Shown here one piece after another: positions 19,078 through 27,332 of a stretch of 64,000 nt of DNA. Position 1 is the stretch's first letter. Every line of letters begins with the position of its first letter. This DNA is from Verrucomicrobiota bacterium (lineage in GTDB: Bacteria; Verrucomicrobiota; Lentisphaeria; Lentisphaerales; Lentisphaeraceae): positions 10,423 to 74,422 of the forward strand of contig JBDKFG010000021.1 of assembly GCA_039798785.1 (NCBI GenBank), read 5' to 3'. The notes beneath the pieces are model-generated. The model was not told the origin of the DNA, did no database searches, and saw nothing but the letters and a program-made list of their open reading frames with translations. A program made the position numbers and the translations under genes.

Positions 19078-20457
19078 TCAGGTCCGCAGCAACTCAATCG
19101 TTTCTCCCGCCAGAAGCTTCTGCGCCGCTTCGCGGGTGCTGTCGCCGGCGTCGTGAATCGCCTCGGCGAGGATCTCGGGAGGCAGGGGGCCGATGGCGGC
19201 GAGTGCGTCGAAGGCATGAAAGCGACACTTCTTGCAGGGGGCTTCTTGCCAAACCCAAAGCAGAAGCGACCGCCAGGAAGGGTGAACCCGTGAGCAGAGA
19301 GCGTTACCCCAGTTATGGGTTTTATGGAGATCCCAGGATTGTGAGCAATGGTGGATCTGAACTTCCCGGTCGATCCCGAGTCCGCGCAGGCGTCGGTGAA
19401 TGAGGCGCGCCGCACGCGGAGACAATTTCGCACCCAGCATTTGCACGCCTTCGGACGCGCGATTCGCGTTCTTGAGCTTCAGGAAACGGAGGCCGAGACG
19501 GCGTACCGAAGCAAGATCGAAGTGACTCAAAGCTTGCCTAGTCAAATAGCCGAGATGTTCGCGAGATCGCGCCCATCTCAGCCAGGAGGAAACAAGGCGT
19601 GGCGCCCGGCGATGACCGAAAACGTTCATCAATTGCTCGCGAATCTTCGGACTGCCCTCCTGCTCCAGCGCTGCTTGGATCTTGATCAGACCTCCCTCGT
19701 CCAAGGCGTTGATCCAGCGGGGGTAGAAATAGCTATTAGGCGATTCCTTGGCGAGCTGGATCAACTCTTCGGCATCGGGAGCTGCCTCCTTGGGTGAATC
19801 TGCTCTGATCGCTCCACGCGTTTCCATCTCAGTCGCTTCGTAAAATCGGCGGGCCGCGGCGCTCTCGGCGATGTACCTCCTGGCGATCTCCATCACCTTG
19901 ATTTTCTTGTCTTCATCGGACCAGGAATCGATCAGCCAGGGAATCTCCGCGTCCTCGTCTTCCAGCAGCGCCTTCCCGTAGAAATCCATCAAGGCCGGCA
20001 CCGCCTTTTCGGCCTCGAACTCGATCCACCAGGAGATGCCGTTGCGGGTGCTGTCGCCGATGTCGTGCAGGGCAGCGTGCGCCAAGATCGGCAAAGCCTT
20101 GGTATCGCCGGTCTGATGCATCAGCGCCAGGATCTCGAACATCTGATGCCGGGCCCAGTTGACCTTGGTGTCCCGGATGTGGTATTGGATGCAGACACGT
20201 GCCGTCATCTGCATTCCTGCGGTCTGAATCAGGCTCCAAATCTGCTCCTGTCGCGAGTCGCACTGGCTGTCATAGGCGGGCGGATGGGTCAGCACTTCGA
20301 GAATCAGATCCTCCACTCCCTCAGCCCCGCACTGCTGCACATGCAGCACCACTCGTCCCTGACCGCAGATCAGGGCTTTGCGGAAGGCGCGACGCGACAG
20401 CGGCAGGGTGTAGGCGGGAGCGGGCGGGAGGAGTCGTTTGGGGAAAGGGTGTTTCAT
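19078..20457 (-). CDS. Hypothetical alpha-helical (HEAT-like) protein with C-terminal CxxC
   Basis: 459-aa ORF; YDSQCD and PCKKCR motifs; directly downstream of the AAA ATPase. Confidence 0.65.
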   Translation of the reverse strand: MKHPFPKRLLPPAPAYTLPLSRRAFRKALICGQGRVVLHVQQCGAEGVEDLILEVLTHPPAYDSQCDSRQEQIWSLIQTAGMQMTARVCIQYHIRDTKVNWARHQMFEILALMHQTGDTKALPILAHAALHDIGDSTRNGISWWIEFEAEKAVPALMDFYGKALLEDEDAEIPWLIDSWSDEDKKIKVMEIARRYIAESAAARRFYEATEMETRGAIRADSPKEAAPDAEELIQLAKESPNSYFYPRWINALDEGGLIKIQAALEQEGSPKIREQLMNVFGHRRAPRLVSSWLRWARSREHLGYLTRQALSHFDLASVRRLGLRFLKLKNANRASEGVQMLGAKLSPRAARLIHRRLRGLGIDREVQIHHCSQSWDLHKTHNWGNALCSRVHPSWRSLLLWVWQEAPCKKCRFHAFDALAAIGPLPPEILAEAIHDAGDSTREAAQKLLAGETIELLRT

Positions 20458-20479
20458 GGAGAATCTCGCTTGAGAATGC

Positions 20480-21637
20480 CTAGTCGGCTGCTGCGAGATC
20501 GCGGCAGGCTTCGGCCAGTGGTTTCACGAAAACATTCTTGTAGAGTTCGTAGGAGCTGGCCACCGGAGCTACGATGGTCGCGGAGACAGGCTGCAATTCC
20601 TCGACCAAATCGTGGAAGCCCCGCTCCGGTTTCGGCGCGCTGCTGAGCTTGAACTCGAAAACATGCCTCCTGCCGCCGCGCTCCAGCACCAGATCCAGCT
20701 CGGCGCCGTTGGAGGTGCGGAGATAACCCGGCTGCCACTTCGGTGCCGAGGCGATCAGGTTTTCGACGCAATGCCCCTCCCACGAAGCGCCATTGCTGGG
20801 GTGGCCAAGCAGCCGATCGTAGCCGTCGATATCAAGAAGAGCATGCAGGATGCCGCTGTCGCGCAAATAGATCTTGGGGGATTTGACCAGACGCTTTTTC
20901 AGGTTGGCTTCCACCGGCGGCAGCAAGCGGACCATGTAGGAATGCTCAAGCAGGTGCAGACAGCGCCCCAGCATCCGGGCGTCCAGTCCAGACGCCTCAG
21001 CCAGCTTGGCTTTATTGAGGATCTGCCCATGAAGATGCGCGAGGAGCAGCCACAGACGCTCCATCTGCGGCGGCGGCAGATTGATGCCTAGACGCGGCAC
21101 ATCGCGCTCCAGATAGGTGCGGATGTAATCCAGCCGCCAGTCGAAACTGGCTTCGTCGTCGGCGGCGCCGAGACTTTCGGGAAAACCGCCTCGCACCCAC
21201 AGGGAATGAGTCAGCTCCGGATCAACCATTTCGCTGACCAGCAGCGGCGTCAGATCGAGATAGGCAATGCGGCCAGCCAAGGTCTCTGAGGACTGCTGCA
21301 GCAGCTCCCTCGACGCCGAGCCGAGAATGAGAAAACGTCCCGGCCGACGGTCCTGATCAATCTCCGAACGCAGTTCTGAAAAAATCTCCGGCAACAATTG
21401 CACCTCGTCCAGGCATACCAGCTCCTGGCGATGACGACGAAAAAACAGCTCGGGCTCGGCGAGCTTATTGAGATCGGAACGCCGCTGCAGGTCCAGAGCC
21501 ACCGCAGGCCGTCCCGCCAACAAGTACCGCGCCAAGGTCGACTTGCCGCATTGCCTCGGCCCTAGGATCGCCACGGCCGGTGACCTTGCCAAGGCCTTCT
21601 GCGCCGCTGCCTCCAATTGACGGATGATGTACTCCAT
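20480..21637 (-). CDS. AAA_14/DUF4143 ATPase with C-terminal PD-(D/E)XK-like motif
   Basis: GPRQCGKST, LDEVQ, LAGRI, RGGFPE, KSPKIYLRDSG, ELDLV..FEFK. Confidence 0.9.
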   Translation of the reverse strand: MEYIIRQLEAAAQKALARSPAVAILGPRQCGKSTLARYLLAGRPAVALDLQRRSDLNKLAEPELFFRRHRQELVCLDEVQLLPEIFSELRSEIDQDRRPGRFLILGSASRELLQQSSETLAGRIAYLDLTPLLVSEMVDPELTHSLWVRGGFPESLGAADDEASFDWRLDYIRTYLERDVPRLGINLPPPQMERLWLLLAHLHGQILNKAKLAEASGLDARMLGRCLHLLEHSYMVRLLPPVEANLKKRLVKSPKIYLRDSGILHALLDIDGYDRLLGHPSNGASWEGHCVENLIASAPKWQPGYLRTSNGAELDLVLERGGRRHVFEFKLSSAPKPERGFHDLVEELQPVSATIVAPVASSYELYKNVFVKPLAEACRDLAAAD

Positions 21638-21686
21638 GATCCCCCCCCTCGCGCCCTAGGTTTTGAAATGCCGAAGATTACAATAT

Positions 21687-21723
21687 CCATGTAATTTATG
21701 CATTCAATGCAGCAATTACATGG
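21687..21723. promoter_or_regulatory. 37-bp near-perfect palindrome upstream of the AAA ATPase (putative operator)
   Basis: CCATGTAATT-TA-TGCATT-C-AATGCA-GC-AATTACATGG. Confidence 0.6.
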
Positions 21724-21765
21724 TTAATTATATCAGCGAAACCACTCACCTCATACTAGATTCCC

Positions 21766-21891
21766 ACTTGGCCGTCCGGCATCCTGCTGGCTGTTGGATG
21801 TGGCTCGATCATCCCGATCGAAGGAGCGGCAGCACCGCACGGAGTGCGGCGGCCCCAGGGGAACAAGCCGGCGGGACGCCAGCGATCCAGT
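21766..21891. repeat. Compact REP doublet of the same family as 4205-4903
   Basis: Degenerate left arm followed by GATGTGGCTCGATCA; right arm AGCCGGCGGGACGCCAGCGATCCAGT matches 4870-4895 with one mismatch. Confidence 0.7.
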
Positions 21892-21899
21892 AGGTGAGC

Positions 21900-22541
21900 T
21901 CAGCATCGCCGGAACGCCTCTCCCGTGAACTTCAGCACCGCCTGGCCGCGCTCGAGTTCGTTGTGCTCCTGCCAGGCTTGCTGGCGGGCGCTGTCGCGGG
22001 TGCCGGCGTTGCGGGCGTCGACGAGGGCCTGCAAGCGTGCAAGGGCGACGCGGCGGTTCTGCGTCTGCGAACGCTCGCCCGAGGCCTGCGCCACCAAACC
22101 GCCGGGCAGCCAACGGGCGCGGATGGCGGAGTCGGTTTTGTTGACGTGCTGGCCGCCGGGACCGGAGGCGCGACAGGCCTCGAAAACCACCTCGCGGGGA
22201 TCGAGACGGATCTCGTCGACCGAGGGCAGCAGCGCCACGCCGAAGAACCAGTTCTTGCGGGCATGGGTGGGACGAAAGGGGCTGCGGCAAACCCATTGGT
22301 GGCTACCGCAAAGCCCCTGCGACCAGGTCCGCAGTTTTGCGGCGTCCGCAAGACTCGCTTCGATCTCGATCAAGGCGGAGAGAAGGCAGTCCTTTTCGCG
22401 AGGTCCGGCCTCGGCCTCGACCAGGTCGCAGTTCCAGCCCTGACGCTGAGCTTCCTTGGTGAGGAAGCGCAGCATGTGGGCGACGGCGCGCTGGCACTCG
22501 GCGGGGCCGCGTCCGGAGGTGATTTGCATCAGCACTTGCAT
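21900..22541 (-). CDS. prfH: Peptide chain release factor H
   Basis: MQITSGRGPAEC, QWVCRSPFRPTHARKNWF, SGPGGQHVNKTDSA, ERSQTQNR, HNELERG; ATG 22541 overlaps the rtcB2 3' end. Confidence 0.93.
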   Translation of the reverse strand: MQVLMQITSGRGPAECQRAVAHMLRFLTKEAQRQGWNCDLVEAEAGPREKDCLLSALIEIEASLADAAKLRTWSQGLCGSHQWVCRSPFRPTHARKNWFFGVALLPSVDEIRLDPREVVFEACRASGPGGQHVNKTDSAIRARWLPGGLVAQASGERSQTQNRRVALARLQALVDARNAGTRDSARQQAWQEHNELERGQAVLKFTGEAFRRC

Positions 22542-23653
22542 CGGCTGCGTCCTCCGTCGGTCTTGTAGGTGAGCACGGGTCGCATGATCGCGACGACGCG
22601 GACGAGTCCGGCGTCGACGAGGTCTTGGATGACGCCGTCGATGTCCTTGTAGGCTTCGGGGGCCTCTTCGTAGAGGAGGTCCTTGTTGTCGCAGAGGACG
22701 CGGCTGCCGAGCTTGGTCTTGAGCAGGCCTTCCGGCGAGAAGCGTTTCTCGAGGCGGGCGCGGGTGGAGCCGCGGTCCCAGCGGCGTCCGGCACCGTGGG
22801 CGAGGGACCAGCCGTGATCGACGCTGTTGCTGACCGGATGGACGATGGTGGAGAAGTCGCCGCGCGAGCCGGGAATGAGGACAAAATCCTGGTCGGACGG
22901 AGCGGCGCCCTTGCGGTGGATCCAGCCTTGCGGCGTGCGGGTGACGGAGTTGTGGGTCATGTCGCAGAGCTGCGTCCCTTCGGCGCCGATGGCGTCGAGG
23001 AAACGCCGGGCGATGAGCCGACGGTTGGCACGGGCGAAGAAGAGGCCTTCGTCGTGACGGCGCAGGTAGTCGCGTCCGAGCGCGGAGTCGTCGGCGAGGC
23101 CGTTGCCGCCGAAGACGTCGGTATGCGAACGCAGGATGGCTTCGCCGAGGCCGCGGGAGCCGGAGTGGACCATCAGCTGCAGGTTTTCCGCCACCAGGCC
23201 GAGTCGCTGCGCCAGCTCGGGATCGAGGATCTCCTCGACCTTTTGCAGCTCGGCGAAGTGGTTGCCGCCGCCGATGGTGCCGAGCGCGTCGGTCCATTCG
23301 GGCAGGCCTTGTTCAGCGACGAAGGCATCGCGATCGCCTTCCCAAGGAAGGTCGAGAGACAGCTTCTTGAGCCATTTGTCGACCTTGGTCTTGTGGACGG
23401 GCAAGGAGCTCTGCCAGAGGCCCATGCCGCAACCGATGTCGTTGCCGACGAGGTGCGGGTAGACGAGCCCTTCGGTGAGGATGGCGGCACCGACGGGAAT
23501 GCCTTTGCCGGGGTGCAGGTCAGGCAGGCCGATGGCGGCGGTGACGCCGGGCAGGGTGGCGGAGTGTTTCAGTTGTTGGATGGCGGCGCCTTCGATCCAG
23601 GATGTGGACGAGGCGTAGAGGCGAACTTTGTCGCCGAAGATTTGCGGTAAAAT
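22529..23653 (-). CDS. rtcB2: RtcB2 RNA ligase (PrfH-associated); probable ATT start
   Basis: WIEGAAIQQL, PDLHPGKGIP, GNDIGCG, GGGNHF, VHSGSRG, HNSV, HRKGA, HGAGR, EAPEAYKD; open frame extends well upstream of the ORF-track ATG, and the only plausible start at the conserved N-terminus is ATT 8 nt after AGGAG. Confidence 0.9.
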   Translation of the reverse strand: MLPQIFGDKVRLYASSTSWIEGAAIQQLKHSATLPGVTAAIGLPDLHPGKGIPVGAAILTEGLVYPHLVGNDIGCGMGLWQSSLPVHKTKVDKWLKKLSLDLPWEGDRDAFVAEQGLPEWTDALGTIGGGNHFAELQKVEEILDPELAQRLGLVAENLQLMVHSGSRGLGEAILRSHTDVFGGNGLADDSALGRDYLRRHDEGLFFARANRRLIARRFLDAIGAEGTQLCDMTHNSVTRTPQGWIHRKGAAPSDQDFVLIPGSRGDFSTIVHPVSNSVDHGWSLAHGAGRRWDRGSTRARLEKRFSPEGLLKTKLGSRVLCDNKDLLYEEAPEAYKDIDGVIQDLVDAGLVRVVAIMRPVLTYKTDGGRSRCKC

Positions 23654-23781
23654 AAGACAGTCTCCTGAGGAGGGGGAACGGGGTCCCGGTCACTCAGGAA
23701 TCGAGATCAAACTGGGGCATCCGGGAAGCGGCCGTGGCGGCTTATTCGGAGCGGCATCTGAGCAAGGAAACCTGAGACCGG

Positions 23782-23841
23782 TCAGTGGGTCGCCTGGCGT
23801 GAAACGGAGGCGGCGGCAGTTGCAGTAGTGATTGAGGTCAT
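23782..23841 (-). CDS. Putative 19-aa leader peptide MTSITTATAAASVSRQATH
   Basis: ATG preceded by CAGGAGACTCCCC; lies in the rtcB2 5' leader. Confidence 0.5.
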   Translation of the reverse strand: MTSITTATAAASVSRQATH

Positions 23842-23917
23842 GGGGAGTCTCCTGGGGGAAGGGGTTTGTGGGGTGTGAGCGCCAGTCGTGAATGCAGGTC
23901 ACAGGGTCATGCTTGGC

Positions 23918-23946
23918 ATTGTAGCGAGTTTTTGCGGCGGGCGCAA
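23918..23946 (-). promoter_or_regulatory. sigma70-type promoter for the rtcB2-prfH leader
   Basis: TTGCGC-N17-TACAAT on the minus strand. Confidence 0.6.
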
Positions 23947-23964
23947 GGAAGCAATCACACAATC

Positions 23965-24216
23965 TCAGGGACCCGGAACTCGCCACAGATCCATCACATA
24001 CCAGTTTATGAGTTTTTCCGCTTCCGGGAAATTCTTATAAACACAAACAATTGGACCATAAAAAATTATAGCACACTTCTCAAGAGACGGAAAAACCGCC
24101 ACAAGCCACATTACCGGCCCGATTGACAAAGGATACAGAATCAGCGCGCCCAGCAACCACCCATGCCAGTTCGAAGAGGATTCCGAGGGCTTATCATCTG
24201 ACGGCTTCGTCTCCAT
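23965..24216 (-). CDS. Small membrane protein (low GC)
   Basis: 83 aa, hydrophobic LYPLSIGPV...YGPI segments; starts 1 nt after the upstream stop. Confidence 0.6.
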   Translation of the reverse strand: METKPSDDKPSESSSNWHGWLLGALILYPLSIGPVMWLVAVFPSLEKCAIIFYGPIVCVYKNFPEAEKLINWYVMDLWRVPGP

Positions 24217-24217
24217 C

Positions 24218-26026
24218 TCATCCCGCCGCTTTCGGCAGGTTTCTGCCGGCGCCGGCGTAGAGGCGGGGGACGAGGTATTTGAGGACCGAGGCGGTGGGGA
24301 TGGCGAAGAGGGCGCCGGCGACGCCGGCGAAGATGCCGCCGAGGAGGACGGCCATGATGATTTCGAGGAAGCTGAGGTTGAGGGAGGTGCCGACGAAGCG
24401 GGGGTAGAGGACGATCCATTCGAAGGTCCAGATCACCAGGTAGATCAAGGTGACGGCGCCGAGGAAGAGAAGGAAGGAGGTGTCGGCGCTGCCGCTGACG
24501 AGGATGCAGATGAGCATGGTGGCGCTATAGCTGACGGCGGGGCCGATCTGGGGGATGAAGACCTGGAGTCCGGCGAGGAGGGCGAGGGGGAAGGCGTGGG
24601 GAACGCCGACGAGGGAGAAGAGAATGAGATAGATCGGGGTTTCGATGATGCAGATGGTGACGAATCCGCGAGCCCAGGCTTCGAGGCGGCGGATGATTTC
24701 GTCGAGGGCTTCGGCGGCTTCGCTTTTGGTGCTGGCGCGGAGGCGGGGCATCCATTCCGACTCAAACACCGTGGCGGCGAAGTACTGGCCGAGCGAGCGC
24801 GAGCCTTCCTGCGGCACCTGGAAATGGGCGAGTTTGATCAGGAAGAAGAGGAAGGAGAAGAAGGCGAGGAAGGCGTGGAGGCAGCAGGCGCCGAGGTTGG
24901 AAAGAGCGAAGTTGACCAGGCCGCCGTTGCCGTCGGCGCCGTACATCAGGCGGTCGTAGAGGCGATTGCGATTGGCGGGATCATCGAGATAGCCGGCGAG
25001 GCCGGAGAGCCACGGGAGGTGGCCGATCTTCTCGTTGAAGCGACTGATCTTATCGCCTAGGTAGGCGCCGAGGTCGCGGTCGATGTCGGCGCGTCCGGGT
25101 TCTTCACCGGAGACGACTTCGATCTTCGACTCTTTTTTGTATTTCTGGAAGTCGAGGCGGGCGCTGTCGAACCAGGGGGAGGAGACGACGACGCTGATGA
25201 AGATGAGGCCGGCGAGGCCGGCGGCGAGGGTGGCGACAGTGAGGATGACGGATTGCTTGGCGAGGCGGTCTTCGGGGCGGCGTTCTTCTTGGATTTCGCG
25301 GAGGCGGCGGCCGTGCCAGAGGGAGCGGACGAGATCGACGAGGAAGCGCAGCGGGATGAGGCCGGGGAGGAGGAGTTTGAAGACCAGTTGCGCCGGCCGG
25401 CTGGGGAGGAGCCGGCGAGCATACCAGCGTTGGAGGGGGAGGCAGAGGCAGGCGAGGGTGAGTCCGACGAGGACGCCGGTGAGGTAGGTGGCGACGAGGA
25501 GGAGGAGTCCGAGGACGGCGGCGACGGCGGCGAGGCCGGCCATCGACAAGGCGTTGCCGCGCTGCCGCATCGCCTCGTCGGCGTTGGTGAGTTCCTCTTC
25601 GAGGGCTTCGGGCTCGAGCTCCAGGCCGCTGGCGACGGCGGCGAGGATCTCGCGCTCCCGGGGGTTGAGATTGTTGTCGTGGTAGGCGGCGGTCACCAAG
25701 GCATGGAGGATGGCGCGACGGTCGTCGGGAGAAACCGGAAGGAGGGGCGGGCAAAGCTCGGCGACGCTGAGAGGAGAGGCGGAGGCGAGTTCGACGTTGA
25801 AGATCTCGGCGACCTTCGGTCCGAAGCGTTCGCTAAGCTGGCGGGTGATGGCGGGGGCGGCGAGAGCGCCGTCACCGGCGGCGCGGACGAGGAGGACGAA
25901 GAGCCGGGCGGTGGCCTCGGCGGCAGCGCGACGCTCGTCGGCACTGAGACGACCGAAGCCTTCGCGCAAGCGGGCGAAGGCTCCTTTGACCGGGTCGGCC
26001 AGGCGGGTGAGGTGGGAAATGGCCAT
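24218..26026 (-). CDS. AI-2E (PerM) family transporter with N-terminal TerB-like domain
   Basis: DGAL...AAYHDNNLNPREREIL (TerB-like); FIPQIGP, LYPRFVGTSLNL, GALFAIP (AI-2E); TGATG coupling to the upstream gene. Confidence 0.75.
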   Translation of the reverse strand: MAISHLTRLADPVKGAFARLREGFGRLSADERRAAAEATARLFVLLVRAAGDGALAAPAITRQLSERFGPKVAEIFNVELASASPLSVAELCPPLLPVSPDDRRAILHALVTAAYHDNNLNPREREILAAVASGLELEPEALEEELTNADEAMRQRGNALSMAGLAAVAAVLGLLLLVATYLTGVLVGLTLACLCLPLQRWYARRLLPSRPAQLVFKLLLPGLIPLRFLVDLVRSLWHGRRLREIQEERRPEDRLAKQSVILTVATLAAGLAGLIFISVVVSSPWFDSARLDFQKYKKESKIEVVSGEEPGRADIDRDLGAYLGDKISRFNEKIGHLPWLSGLAGYLDDPANRNRLYDRLMYGADGNGGLVNFALSNLGACCLHAFLAFFSFLFFLIKLAHFQVPQEGSRSLGQYFAATVFESEWMPRLRASTKSEAAEALDEIIRRLEAWARGFVTICIIETPIYLILFSLVGVPHAFPLALLAGLQVFIPQIGPAVSYSATMLICILVSGSADTSFLLFLGAVTLIYLVIWTFEWIVLYPRFVGTSLNLSFLEIIMAVLLGGIFAGVAGALFAIPTASVLKYLVPRLYAGAGRNLPKAAG

Positions 26027-26925
26027 CAGAGCTGCAAGGTCAGACCTTCGCGGGCCCAAAGGATCTCCATCGGCGGCGTCGCCTCCTTGTAGCGTTTGAT
26101 GAATTCGCTGCTCAAGGTATCGAGGAAGCTGTCGGTGTGCATCGGGTCGTGGTGGTAGACGGCGAGGTGCTTGACCCCGGCCTTGTGAGCGATGCGGCTG
26201 AGGAGGGAGACGGTGGTGTGGCCCCAGCCGACCTTGCTGCGGTACTCCTCGTCGGTGTACTGGCCGTCGGCGATGAGGAGATCGGCGCCGCGGATGAATT
26301 CGAGATAGGCCTTGCCGATTTCCGACCCCGGGAGCGGGTTTCCTTCAGCGTCGAACTGGCAATTGAGCTCGTTGTCGGTGGCATAGACGAGGCGGGTACC
26401 GTCTTTCTCAAGACGGAAGGCGATCGAGCCGCCGGGGTGGTCCATTTCCTGGAAACTGACCTGAACCCCGTCGACCTGGACGCAGCTATGGGTGCGGATG
26501 GTGTCGGCGCTGATCGGGTGGACGGCGAGGTCGGAGCCGAGGGCGGACATCGGGACCGGAAAATAATTCGAGTCCATCTGGCCGGAGAGGACCGATTCGA
26601 GCATGACGTCGCGTTTCTCCTGCCCCCAGATGTTGAGGCGGAAGCGGGGCGAGTACGCAGGCTGGAAGAAGGGCATGCCTTGGATGTGATCCCAGTGAGT
26701 GTGCGAGAGGAAGAGATTGATCTCGGTCTTGCCTGCGGAGGGCGATCCGGCCATGATCTCGACTCCGAGGCCGCGGATGCCGGTGCCGGCGTCGAAGATG
26801 AAGTGGCGATCGCCCCAGACGACGTTGACGCAGGAGGTGTTGCCTCCGTATTTTTCGGTCGAGCGTCCGGGCGTGGCGATGGAGCCGCGGGTGCCCCAGA
26901 AGGTGATCAGAGGTCGGCTGCTCAC
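26026..26925 (-). CDS. MBL-fold metallo-hydrolase (RNase Z/phosphodiesterase-like)
   Basis: WGTRGSIATPG..YGGNTSC, SHTHWDHIQG, HPGG, DGQY, GWGHT, HHDP. Confidence 0.9.
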   Translation of the reverse strand: MSSRPLITFWGTRGSIATPGRSTEKYGGNTSCVNVVWGDRHFIFDAGTGIRGLGVEIMAGSPSAGKTEINLFLSHTHWDHIQGMPFFQPAYSPRFRLNIWGQEKRDVMLESVLSGQMDSNYFPVPMSALGSDLAVHPISADTIRTHSCVQVDGVQVSFQEMDHPGGSIAFRLEKDGTRLVYATDNELNCQFDAEGNPLPGSEIGKAYLEFIRGADLLIADGQYTDEEYRSKVGWGHTTVSLLSRIAHKAGVKHLAVYHHDPMHTDSFLDTLSSEFIKRYKEATPPMEILWAREGLTLQL

Positions 26926-27314
26926 TGCATCAGCTCCTCGCGTTCGGAATAAACCATGCGGGTATCACCGATCTGGATCAGATCCTGCTGCCGGAGGATG
27001 CATTTGGCGATACGGGTGCCGTTGACATAGGTGCCGTTGGTCGAGCCGGTGTCCTCAACCACGAATTCCTCGCCGGCGGAATAGATCTTGGCGTGATGGC
27101 GGGAGACGTTGCTGTAGGGAAAGGTGAGAGTGTTGTCCTCGGTGCGCCCGATGATCACGGCAGCCTCGCTCACCTTGTGTAGAAGTTTGCGGCCATCCGG
27201 GTAGGTGATGTCGAGATAAGCGACGCGACGGCGGCGCACGCCCTGGAGCACCGCGGTCCGGGACATGGCGATTGTACGGCTGTCGGTGGTTTCAGGATGA
27301 TCGGACATGGACAT
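26922..27314 (-). CDS. FHA domain protein
   Basis: IGR, VSRHHA, GSTNGTYVNG motifs. Confidence 0.9.
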   Translation of the reverse strand: MSMSDHPETTDSRTIAMSRTAVLQGVRRRRVAYLDITYPDGRKLLHKVSEAAVIIGRTEDNTLTFPYSNVSRHHAKIYSAGEEFVVEDTGSTNGTYVNGTRIAKCILRQQDLIQIGDTRMVYSEREELMQ

Positions 27315-27332
27315 CTCCGGAAAGTTTGGGGC

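Noticed and set aside
21900..23297. 465-aa ORF suggesting an RtcB-PrfH fusion or frameshift
   Set aside because: The upstream part is an Arg-rich off-frame shadow of rtcB2; prfH has its own ATG at 22541 after GGAGG
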